From Octopus bimaculoides (taxonomy: Eukaryota): DNA of 54,377 bases. Position 1 is the stretch's first letter. Each line of letters opens with the position of its first letter. Where the stretch lies: NCBI RefSeq assembly GCF_001194135.2, contig NC_069004.1, forward strand, positions 298,344-352,720, in the 5' to 3' direction. The notes below the pieces were generated by a model. It ran no database searches and was not told the origin of the DNA. It was given only the letters and a program-made list of their open reading frames with translations. Positions 13,385 through 24,344 of the stretch are shown here, piece by piece. A program made the position numbers and the translations under genes.

Positions 13385-13712
13385 AACCAAGGCTGTGAAG
13401 AATTTAGAACATTTATAAATAGGTCTTACAGCTGTTTCCAGGATATTTATTATATCCCTTCATCGGAGATGGTGTGAGAAAATGATTAAGCAATGGTTAA
13501 TTTAGATAAGATATGAAATAGAGAGTGAAGTGGAGGAATGAAAATAGATGTGAGATATGCAGGGATATTGCATTTGTAGATCCATTATTTAGGCAGAATG
13601 GTATACATATAAGATTCCAATACCTTGTGAGTAAAATCCAACAGTATTTAAAAATTGGTCATTCCAAGTATAGAGTTTGTACACAGTGCTATTGAATCAA
13701 GGGTTTATTTAA
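13385..13712 (-). mobile_element. Probable Penelope-like element 3' / pseudo-LTR fragment with hammerhead-like motif
   Basis: The - strand reads ccgatga-stem II-gaaacagctgta at 13466-13427, the minimal hammerhead architecture typical of PLE pseudo-LTRs. No clear ORF. Confidence 0.45.
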
Positions 13713-14860
13713 AGTGACCTCAGCACAGATTCCATCCTTTCCAGGTGCCCTACCAAGATTCAAATTTACTTATTGATGTCATTACTTCCTCTATTGAGGG
13801 CGAAGAGTCTAAGGAGCCAATGATAGGTCTTTGTTGCATAGTATCAATCACTGTTTAATCCACAACTGACTCATGGTTTAGGAATTCAGAGAAGCGTTCG
13901 ATCCAGCGACCTGTGATTTCTGTTGATTTAGTAAACAGAGTGGAAGACTATTTGGAAAGCAAAGGAGCTGATGTGGAGCGCTTAGGTCCATAAGCTCGCT
14001 TCATAAGATGGTAAAGCTTCTTGCTGTCAATTGCATCAGCAGCAGCCTGAACATCACGAGCAAGAGCCTCCCACTAAGTGTTCTGCATCTTCCTAAGAGA
14101 TCGCTGCAGTAGTGATTTTACATTGTTATAGTGGGCAAGTGCTAGACTTCGCTGCACAGTAGACAGTTCTCTGTGTAGCAATACACTGTGAGCATGGCGC
14201 TTTACCACCAATAGTCGCTGAACTTCAGCATCATTTTCATCAAGCCAGTCTCTGTGTTTGGCAGTAACATATCCCTGTGTTTCTGCTGCACATTGTAGAA
14301 CGTGGTGTCCAAAATCCTCCCATGCTGCAGCAGTTTCAGTCCTGGACAAGCGAGTCTGAAGTTCTTTCCTAACCACAACATCATATACCTTGTGGACATT
14401 TAGACGGCGAGGAATGCTGACTGGTCCTCTTCTCTTTTTTACTCTAATTACCATTCAGAACTTTGCTCGCACCATTCTGTGGTCTGTCCAGCATTCCGAT
14501 CCATGAGAGGACATGACATTACAAATGTCATAGATGTCGCGCTTGCGGATGATGATACAATCCAGCAAGTGCCAAACTTTAGACCTTGGGTGCATCCACG
14601 TTGTTGTGTGATCACCTTTGTGCATAAAATGAGTGCTTGCAATGCAAAGTCCATGTTCTTCGCAAAGCTCCAGTAGCGTGAGACCATTGCTATTCGTTTT
14701 CCCCACTCCAAAACGTCCTAGAGAGCTCCATGTTTGCCATGGAGCAAACATGTTTTGAACAAGATCCCAGTCTGTTCCAAACCTGGCATTAAAATCCCCC
14801 AGTAGAATGACTTTATCAGAATTGGGGATTTTTCTAAGTATGGCTCTCAGCTGGGTATAA
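13712..14860 (-). mobile_element. RTE-clade LINE fragment: AP endonuclease + linker, frameshifted
   Basis: KVILLGDFNARFG, GVGKTNSNG..LLELCEEH, TWMHPRSKVWHLLDCII, WTDHRMVRAK, DWLDENDAEVQRLL, APGKDGI; several stops and frameshifts. Confidence 0.92.
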
Positions 14861-15397
14861 ATACCAGCGACAGGATAAATACCAGGTTTTACAAAACAGG
14901 TACTAAGGTCGATTTGTTCGAGTAAAACCCTGAAAGGTTGTACTCCAGCATAACCGCAGACCAATGGCTGAAACGAATAAAACAAAACTACATATTTCGA
15001 ATTGCCTCGGTATTACCCAAACAACCGTAATCCTCACTGCATTCAACATTTGCATTAAGATTTCGGATTTGTATTGTCTGCCCCATATTTTCTAACAAGA
15101 AAAGGTGGATCTATTTTAAAACGGGGGCCACATTTTTCATTAATGTTTTACGTAGTGTTTTTGGTACCGAAAGACTTTCAAACTTCGTATACTTATCTAT
15201 TTTGTGTTATAGAACAGAAAAATATTTTTGTATTCGAATTTATTTCATGTAAAAAATTGTCTTATTTCGATAATTTCAACCAATCACTGACAAGTATTCA
15301 GTTGTTTATATTTACTCCTTTGGCTGATTAAGCGATGTAAAGCGTATTTAATCTCCATACCTTCGTTTTATTTGCTTTTTTCATTTTAAATTTGCTT

Positions 15398-15458
15398 TAA
15401 CCCTAACCCTAACCCTAACCCTAGGGTTAGGGTTAGAGTTAGGGTTAGGGTTAGGGTT
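15398..15458. repeat. Interstitial telomeric-type repeats arranged as a palindrome (TAACCC)4-TA-(GGGTTA)6, running into an N gap
   Basis: Direct; centre ccctaggg at 15419-15426; gap 15459-15969. Confidence 0.9.
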
Positions 15459-15974
15459 NNNNNNNNNNNNNNNNNNNNNNNNNNNNNNNNNNNNNNNNNN
15501 NNNNNNNNNNNNNNNNNNNNNNNNNNNNNNNNNNNNNNNNNNNNNNNNNNNNNNNNNNNNNNNNNNNNNNNNNNNNNNNNNNNNNNNNNNNNNNNNNNNN
15601 NNNNNNNNNNNNNNNNNNNNNNNNNNNNNNNNNNNNNNNNNNNNNNNNNNNNNNNNNNNNNNNNNNNNNNNNNNNNNNNNNNNNNNNNNNNNNNNNNNNN
15701 NNNNNNNNNNNNNNNNNNNNNNNNNNNNNNNNNNNNNNNNNNNNNNNNNNNNNNNNNNNNNNNNNNNNNNNNNNNNNNNNNNNNNNNNNNNNNNNNNNNN
15801 NNNNNNNNNNNNNNNNNNNNNNNNNNNNNNNNNNNNNNNNNNNNNNNNNNNNNNNNNNNNNNNNNNNNNNNNNNNNNNNNNNNNNNNNNNNNNNNNNNNN
15901 NNNNNNNNNNNNNNNNNNNNNNNNNNNNNNNNNNNNNNNNNNNNNNNNNNNNNNNNNNNNNNNNNNNNNAAAGC

Positions 15975-16440
15975 AGTATTTCTTCTAGCTCTTTACTTTC
16001 TGAGTTCAAATTTCGCAGAGGTTGACTTTGCCTTTCATCCTTTCGGAGTCGATAAAATAAGAGCTGGCAGAATTGTTATCGCGCCTGACAAAATACGTAG
16101 AGGTATTTTCTCGATTTCACGTTCTGAGTTCAAAGGCCGCCGGGGTCAACTCTGCCTTTCATCCTCTTGGGGTTGATGAGACCGATGAAGTCGAATTACC
16201 ACTTCCTCGAAATTGCTGGCCTTGTGTCAAAATTTGAAACCAATATGGTGGCTTAGAATCGTTAGCATGCCGGGCAAAATGCTAAGCGGTATTTCGTCCG
16301 TCCTTACGTTCTGAGTTCAAATTCCGTCGAGGTCCTTTTGGGATCGATGAAATAACTACCAATTGAACACTGGAGTCGATGTAATCGATTTTGTCTTTTC
16401 CCCGAAATTGTCCTGTGCCGAAATTTGAAATCAATATGAA
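15975..16440 (+). mobile_element. Three tandem, partly truncated family C SINE copies
   Basis: ttctgagttcaaa occurs at ~15998, ~16102 and ~16310, each followed by the family C central segment. Confidence 0.75.
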
Positions 16441-16800
16441 AGAAATTTTGTTAAATTACTAAAGGGAAACTACTCGGTAAAATATACAGTTATGTCCCAT
16501 AACTAACAAATGCGCACCTATTTTCCCTGAAATTTTCTATTTAAATTACGTCCCATAACAAGCTTCACGCAGTCAACTCGATTCGGTACAATTCACGCAA
16601 GTGCCTCTGGCATTAGTATCTATAATCGATAGTTACTTATCGAGGGGAAGGCAACAGCCAAGTACTTGGCTGGTTTTTACTTTATCCCTTATAAAAATTT
16701 TCCACCACACCATAAGAGAAATTATTGTATTATGTGCAACAATACATAAATCATGTATATAATAAATAAATAAATAAATAAATAAATACTTAATGATCAT

Positions 16801-16955
16801 AGGCGTAGGAGTGGCTGTGTGGTAAGTAGCTTGCTTACGAACCATATGGTTCCGGGTTCAGTGACACCTTGGGCAAGTGTCTTCTACTATAGCCTTGGAC
16901 CAGCCAAAGCCTTGAGTGGATTTGGTAGACGGAAACTGAAAGAAGCCCGTCGTAT
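16801..16955 (+). mobile_element. Family A SINE head followed by (TA)n and gap
   Basis: ggcgtaggagtggctgtgtggtaagtagcttgc...ccttgggcaagtgtcttctactatagcc. Confidence 0.85.
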
Positions 16956-17294
16956 ATATGTATATATATATATATNNNNNNNNNNNNNNNNNNNNNNNNN
17001 NNNNNNNNNNNNNNNNNNNNNNNNNNNNNNNNNNNNNNNNNNNNNNNNNNNNNNNNNNNNNNNNNNNNNNNNNNNNNNNNNNNNNNNNNNNNNNNNNNNN
17101 NNNNNNNNNNNNNNNNNNNNNNNNNNNNNNNAGAACCTTTACTTTGTTTAAGTATGAAAAACTCAAAGATTACGCTATGTATGTAGCTATGTATGTATGT
17201 ACCTTTTATCTTTTACTTTTATCGGTTTTAGTTCAAAGCTGCGGCCATGCTGGGGCACCACTGTTTTGCTATTCTGTTATTATTGAGAGTCTCC

Positions 17295-17900
17295 TCTGAT
17301 ATGTGGCATTTGATGAATAAGGGAGTTTGATGTCACTGCCCTCATTTGCGCCTCCTGACTGGGACTCTCGACAGGAAGAGATCCAATTTTGTTTTGAAAA
17401 CATTGTTTTGATCTTTGGCACTGTGCAGTAGTGACTTGTTCTGGCATTTGTATAGCTTTCAATGCCAAAATTTGGCACAATCCCTTCCAGGATCTTCCAG
17501 ATTACTGCATATCTCTCCTGCCTTCACTCCAGGGAGTAGAGTCTTAGCTGTTTCAGCCTTTCCCAGTAGTTGAGCTGTTGCAATGAGATGATCTTTGTGA
17601 TGCTTCACTGGATTGCTTCAAGGTCCGCTGTTAATTTTACACCGTGGGGTGACCATAGTTGGGAGAAGTAGTCCAGGTGGTTGAGGACGAATGTCCTTCA
17701 GAAGATCATCATGGTTTCCTTCTCTCTGGTTCTGAAGGTTCTCAGGATCTAGCCTACCAGCCATTTACTCCTTGTCGTCATCTTGGTAATGCGGCACATC
17801 CATACCCATCATGTTTTCTGGTTTCTTTGAACTGTTGTTTTGTTGTATAAGAGGGTGTTACTAACGCCAAATTCAACTCTGTCATTTTCAAGAGAGGAAG
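17295..17900 (-). mobile_element. CR1-clade LINE fragment (RT C-terminal region), degenerate
   Basis: LRTFRTREKETMMIF*RTFVLNHLDYFSQLWSP...DLEAIQ...NYWERLKQLRLYSLE*RQERY. Confidence 0.85.
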
Positions 17901-18419
17901 GGTTCTCTGGAGCACTGTTACAACAAGACATGAAGAGAGAGGAGGAAGGGAGGAGGTGTCAGCACTGGTAGTGGTGGCAGCTTCAATTATAGTAAAGATT
18001 ACAATGATAGGAAAGGGTAGTGGTTTAAACAAGCAGTATTGGTACAGAGTTGAGAGATTGGCAGATGAATATACAGGCTGACAGATAAAAAGTATGACTG
18101 TACAGGTAGGTAGGCAGGTAGGTAGACAGACAGACAAACAAACTGACAGACAGGCAGAGATAGCTAGATGGACTGACATATAGGTCGGGAGCTAGACAGA
18201 CAGATAGATTGATAGACACACACTCTAAAATGCTTGGTGTTAGAAAGGACATCCAGCTGTAGAATCTATGCCAAAGCTCACATGGAGCAGGATGCTGCCC
18301 TGCATATTACTGTATCCTGTCGAATACTCCTATGATGATGATGAGGATGATGATGATGACAGGCAGATACACAGACAGGCATGCAAAGAGACAGAAAGAC
18401 TAACAGACAGCTAGCTAGC

Positions 18420-18515
18420 TAGCTAGCTAGACAGATAGATAGATAGATACATACATACATACATACATACATACATACATACATAGATACATACATAGAC
18501 AGACAGACAGACATA
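18420..18515. repeat. (GCTA)/(GATA)/(CATA)/(GACA) compound tetranucleotide microsatellite
   Basis: Direct. Confidence 0.95.
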
Positions 18516-19208
18516 CATAGTCCTTTCTAAGTTAAACCAAACTCTTTTTTTTTCTTGCTCAGTGAAAATATATTTAAAGCAAAAAAGATAAAAGAAACAC
18601 TGCAAGTGAGAAATTGCAAAAGTCTCAGCAAAGCAACCAATTTTGAAATAAACACATAAATACATATTTGAGGATAAATTTATGGGGCACTTGGTGTTTT
18701 TTTTTCCCCCTCTTGGTTGCCCTGTAGTTTGGCAGCCCAAATCTTCTTCTTTCACATGCAAGAATAAATCAGTTTAAAGCTAGTTGCTTATCTGCCTGTG
18801 TGTGTGTGCGTGCATTTGTGAAATGCACACATACACGCCATTTAAGGGAGGATTATATATCCTGTCATTGTGTGAGATGAAAAAATGGTTTTAAGAAACC
18901 TATTGTGTTCAGTTTGACATGAATCTCCAGCCACTGCCCCCACACACCACCACCACTACTCTTCTATGCTTGCTCAATGTTGCTGCTCAGTGCCTTTCAC
19001 CTTTCTTACGTGCCCAGAAGCAGGTTTATAACAGTTTTTGGTGATCTATTCCTTTCCCTTATTTTCATTGTTTTTTACTGTACCTACTCTACTCACTACC
19101 TCCACACTAACCGATGACTCCTTTCTCTTTTTCCTTCCATAACTACTTCACACCTATTCATACAGTCCCCCTCTCTCCTCTCTCTTGCTTTAGGTGTGTG
19201 TGCATGTG

Positions 19209-19251
<43 letters not shown>

Positions 19252-19273
19252 CATACTTATATACATATATATA

Positions 19274-20405
19274 TTAGGTTGTCAAGAAAGTTCTTGTGGT
19301 TTTTAACCTTTAAATTTAGATGCACATATCTCGGCTCAAACAAAACTTTATTCATCGAAATAAACACCATCAGAATCAACACACTTTTGCCAATGCGGAA
19401 CAAGTTTAATTATGCCAGTAGTGTAAAAATCCTGTGTTCTGTTGGCGATGAAGTCATTGAAGGCGTGTTTGGCATGGTTTTGTTTTTGAAACATTTCTCA
19501 TGCAGGAAGTTGTAGAGATGCTTGAAAAAGTGGAAGTTGGAAGGCGAGAGGTCTGGTGAGTATGGCAGATGAGGCAGAGTTTCATAGCCCAATTTGTTCA
19601 ACTTCTGCAGGGTCAGTTGTGCGACATGCGGCTGAGCGTTGTTGTGGAGAAGAATTGGTCCTTTTCTATTGACCAATGCTGGCTGTTGTTGTCGGAGTTT
19701 CTTTTGCATTTCATCCATTTGCTGATAATACTTTTCCGCTGTAACGGTTTCACCTGGATCCAAAAAGCTGTGATGGATGAGACCAGCTGCAGACCACCAA
19801 ACAGTCACCATGACCTTCTTTTGGTGCAACTTTGACTGAGCTGCACTTTGCCGGTTGTGGTAAAGAATCCACTTTTCATCGCAAGTCACAATCCGGTTGA
19901 GAAATGGGTTGTTCTTGTTGCGTAAAAGAAGGAAAGACGACACTTCAAAACAGCGTCTGATATGTTACTTTATTGTCCTAATCTGACTTGTCGTGTTACA
20001 TCATTGTATTACAGGTTGGCCCTGATTTGAATGTCATTCTGATTTGTTGCTGTGATACAAATGTATCATTTGTGCGGCACCCATTTCTCAATTATTTTTG
20101 TTTTTCCAATCTCTTTCAAGTGGTTAGAAATTGTCATATACGTTACGTCTAATTTAGAAGCAAGCTCTCGAGCAGTTGTGTGTGGATTGGCTTCGTCTAA
20201 AGCTCTTAGTTGATCACTGTCAATATCCGATGGCCGACCACTACACTTATCATCTTCAAGACTCCGCTATGAAATTTCTTGAACCACAATTGTGCTGTAC
20301 ATTCATTACTGGTTCCTGGGCCAAATGCATCGTTGATATCGCGATCTGTTTCAGCAGCTTTTTAGCCTAGCTTGAACTGGAATAAGAAAATTGTGCGAAG
20401 TTGGC
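19274..20405 (-). mobile_element. Inactive mariner (Hsmar1-like DD34D) transposon, one TIR retained
   Basis: TA + ttaggttgtcaagaaagtt TIR at 19272-19300. Transposase remnants LRTIFLFQFKLG*KAAET...SGRPS...WVPH, IVTCDEKW, HNNAQPH, YSPDLSPSNF, WQKCVDSDGVYFDE*. The 2nd and 3rd catalytic Asp are changed to Asn; stops and frameshifts present. Confidence 0.93.
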
Positions 20406-20570
20406 TTAATATGGTCACTAAATCTGCTAAAAATAGCAGCCAAATTGCCTCATATCACACTGTTACCATTTTAGAAAAAAGGAAAGGACACTTTAGGCAA
20501 TGTAAACCCCCTAAGAAGACAGTATGGTCATGGCTGGAATGTCTCTGATCAGGGAGGTTTATCTCGATTG
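20405..20570 (-). mobile_element. Short dispersed repeat (family E, probable SINE fragment)
   Basis: aaatagcagccaaat...ggacac...ggtcatggctggaatgtc. Related segments at ~12480-12600, ~23150-23240, ~26500-26700 and ~33650-33830. Confidence 0.55.
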
Positions 20571-20599
20571 ATGCAGTGGGTGGGGTGGATGTTAAACAT

Positions 20600-21450
20600 C
20601 ACCTTACTATCGTCATCATCATCGCCATGATCACCCCACTATCACCACCACCACCACTACTGTTACGACCACCGTCACTAACAACAACACTGCCACCACC
20701 ACCACCACCACCACCATCACCACCACCACCACCACAATCACCACCACCACCACCACCACCACTACCACTACCACTACCCCACTCCTCCACTGCCACCACC
20801 ATCGCTATTTCATCTTGCAGCCTAGCTTTTCAAGATTTATTTGATAAAAAATGATGGCAGGGCCCGGAGAAGTGTTACACCAGCATACTGATAATCCGTG
20901 TGTGTGTGTGTATCGCCACCACCACCACCATCCCCACTACCATCCTCTCACCACCACCACCATCTTCATAACCAGCACTGCTATCATCATCATTATTGTC
21001 ATAACACCATCATCCCCACTACCATCCTCCCACCACCACCACCTCTATTCCCACCATTCTTTCCAGTCTTACTACCACTGTCAGTATTATTTCTTGCTCA
21101 GCACTAATACTTGCACATCTACCACCACCACCACCACCACCACCACCACCACTACTTCTGCAATCTAGCACCTACTTCAAGTACTGTCACCACCACTACC
21201 ACCACAACCCTCATAACCATACTACTACTACTACTACTACTACTACTTTTACATCATGATGTTTCAGGAATGTGACTAACTCAATAAATGAGACCAGCAC
21301 CTCTACCATTTCTGCTATCTCCACCATTGCAACCCCATCAAGCACCACCACCTTCAGCAGTGCCACAACCTTAACAACAGTAACACCCACTACTACTGCA
21401 TGACTACCACTGCTGCTGACACCACCACCATTACTTCTGTAACCACCTGA
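20600..21450. repeat. Degenerate (CCA/ACC/ACT)n trinucleotide low-complexity tract
   Basis: Direct. It explains the Pro/Thr/His/Gly-run ORFs, and all frames carry stops over the full length. A similar tract lies at 12640-12960. Confidence 0.9.
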
Positions 21451-22048
21451 CACAATCACCTTCTCAAAAGCTAGCAATATGGGCAAGTACCCTGTTGGAT
21501 ATCACAGGTGGCGCTGTAATTATTGACTGGCTTACTTGGTATTGTTTATGGTTGTTGGTATTATTTTTTGTTGTAGTTGTCATTGTTGTGGTTGTTGCTG
21601 TTATTATTGTTGTTTTCGACACCACTGTTTTCTCTGCTTTTCTGGAGAATTACTGCACCAAGATTGAGGAATGAACCTTAGAAATTGCTGGTTAACATAA
21701 GGTAAGTGCGTCTAATATGTTACTTTATGGTCCTAATCTGACTTGTCGTGTTACATCATTGTATTACAGGTTGGCCCTGATTTGAATGTCGTTCTGATTT
21801 GTTGCTGTCATACAAATGTTGTGTTACATCATTGTCCTGATGGAAATGTTATTCTACTTCATTGTTTAGGTGCAAGCAAGGGTGGGTGGGTGGATGTGGT
21901 TCAGAAGCGTTCTTTGCAGCCATGTAATCTTGGGTTCAGTTCTACTGCATGGCACCCAGAGCAAAAGTCTTCTATAACCTCAAACTTACCAAAGTCTTGT
22001 GAGTGGATTTGGTAGATGGAAAGAGTGTGGAAATCTGCCATAAATGTG

Positions 22049-22108
<60 letters not shown>

Positions 22109-22688
22109 AACATGAGAGGGTGCTGAAAAGCTCTTGGCTTTAAGGGTATCGGGAAAGGTCCAACCTTCCNNNNNNNNNNNNNNNNNNNNNNNNNNNNNNN
22201 NNNNNNNNNNNNNNNNNNNNNNNNNNNNNNNNNNNNNNNNNNNNNNNNNNNNNNNNNNNNNNNNNNNNNNNNNNNNNNNNNNNNNNNNNNNNNNNNNNNN
22301 NNNNNNNNNNNNNNNNNNNNNNNNNNNNNNNNNNNNNNNNNNNNNNNNNNNNNNNNNNNNNNNNNNNNNNNNNNNNNNNNNNNNNNNNNNNNNNNNNNNN
22401 NNNNNNNNNNNNNNNNNNNNNNNNNNNNNNNNNNNNNNNNNNNNNNNNNNNNNNNNNNNNNNNNNNNNNNNNNNNNNNNNNNNNNNNNNNNNNNNNNNNN
22501 NNNNNNNNNNNNNNNNNNNNNNNNNNNNNNNNNNNNNNNNNNNNNNNNNNNNNNNNNNNNNNNNNNNNNNNNNNNNNNNNNNNNNNNNNNNNNNNNNNNN
22601 NNNNNNNCCAAGAAAAAGTAAAGCAATAAACCAAATTGAAAAATTTCACTTAATTTTAAAATTTCAAAATCTGTGACAGTGACTGAAA

Positions 22689-22691
<3 letters not shown>

Positions 22692-22741
<50 letters not shown>
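22692..22741. repeat. (TC)n microsatellite
   Basis: Direct. Confidence 0.97.
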
Positions 22742-22745
<4 letters not shown>

Positions 22746-22972
22746 GTTTATCTCTTTCATTTTCTCATGGCAAACTTTCTCATTCTATAAAAGTATAACA
22801 CTCACACTATGTGTGTGTATGTGTGTGTGTCTGTGTGCGCGAGTGTGCGTGTGCTTGTTAGTGTGTATGTATGCATGTGAGTAAAGAGTTTCATTAGGCC
22901 AACAGAGTGATTTAAAAAAGGTGTGTAATAGATAATTTATTTTAATTGCATACTTCGTATATATGCTTTTTT

Positions 22973-23016
<44 letters not shown>

Positions 23017-23307
23017 TATGCAGAGTGGGATTAAAGATTTAAATAAATGTTTTTGTTGTAGTTGCTTATATCCCAGCAATGGACCACTGCATCATCATTC
23101 CATAGAAAGTGTGTATGGGGAGAAAAATATTGCAAAATATCAATGCATGTTAGAGTGACAAAGAAACAAGGAAGGCACCAGGTGGTCTAGGATGTGCCAG
23201 AAACAACTGCTAAATCTCCTTTAAATCACATACTTTTACATCTGAAAATTATTTTGAAATAATATACAGAAACAAATTACAGATTCAGACTTCCTGTATT
23301 TTAAAAT

Positions 23308-23653
23308 TCATCATCATCATCATCATCGTTTAACGTCCGCTTTCCATGCTAGCATGGGTTGGACGATTTGACTGAGGACTGGTGCAACCGGATGGCTACA
23401 CCAGGCTCCAATCTAATTCGGCAGAGTTTCTACAGCTGGATGCCCTTCCTAACGCCAACCACTCAGAGAGTGTAGTGGGTGTTTTTACGTGTCACCCGCA
23501 CGAAAACGGCCACGCTCGAAATGGTGTCTTTTATGTGCCACCCGCACAAGAGCCAGTCCAGGGGCACTGGCAACGATCTCGCTCGAAAACCCTACAAGGC
23601 CAGTCAGGCGGTACTGGCAACGGTCACGCTCAGGATGGTACATCTTATGTGCC
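23308..23653 (-). mobile_element. Family B repeat (RTE 3' UTR-derived) with (GAT)n tail, young copy
   Basis: catcatcatcgtttaacgtccgc...ctacagctggatgcccttcctaacgccaaccac; CpGs intact. Confidence 0.8.
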
Positions 23654-24344
23654 NNNNNNNNNNNNNNNNNNNNNNNNNNNNNNNNNNNNNNNNNNNNNNN
23701 NNNNNNNNNNNNNNNNNNNNNNNNNNNNNNNNNNNNNNNNNNNNNNNNNNNNNNNNNNNNNNNNNNNNNNNNNNNNNNNNNNNNNNNNNNNNNNNNNNNN
23801 NNNNNNNNNNNNNNNNNNNNNNNNNNNNNNNNNNNNNNNNNNNNNNNNNNNNNNNNNNNNNNNNNNNNNNNNNNNNNNNNNNNNNNNNNNNNNNNNNNNN
23901 NNNNNNNNNNNNNNNNNNNNNNNNNNNNNNNNNNNNNNNNNNNNNNNNNNNNNNNNNNNNNNNNNNNNNNNNNNNNNNNNNNNNNNNNNNNNNNNNNNNN
24001 NNNNNNNNNNNNNNNNNNNNNNNNNNNNNNNNNNNNNNNNNNNNNNNNNNNNNNNNNNNNNNNNNNNATCATTTAGTAGTGTAAAAGAAAATTTGGCCCA
24101 AACAGTACTGAGTAGGAAGGTCGGGGAGGGATTGAAATAATTTACAAATTTTCAAAAATATTCCTTTTTTTAACCAAAAAGGCATCTCCCATTGTTTCTA
24201 AGTGTGTAGTGTAAAAAAAAAAAAAAATCTGAAAAATCCCTGTCAAAATGGAGAAAATCTAACTTATGTGAGCATGCTGTTCTGAAAGCCCACCAAGGCT
24301 TTCTATTGGAAAATTACCTGGCAATGATGGAACACTCATCATCA

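Noticed and set aside
15398-15458. Chromosome end-to-end fusion scar
   Set aside because: The repeat order is (CCCTAA)n then (TTAGGG)n, the reverse of a fusion signature.
16655-16672. Perfect 18-bp palindrome cagccaagtacttggctg
   Set aside because: One such palindrome is not far from chance expectation in 54 kb, and it has no supporting context.
16801-16870. tRNA genes suggested by A/B-box motifs
   Set aside because: They are SINE heads with no full cloverleaf, each followed by a SINE body.
19410-19943. Domesticated SETMAR-like gene or active transposase
   Set aside because: Two catalytic Asp are mutated, there are stops, frameshifts, an insertion and one missing TIR, and there is no SET domain.
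20576-21486. Pro/His/Thr/Gly-rich ORFs suggesting a mucin or extensin
   Set aside because: A degenerate trinucleotide tract with stops in all frames and no supporting splice structure.
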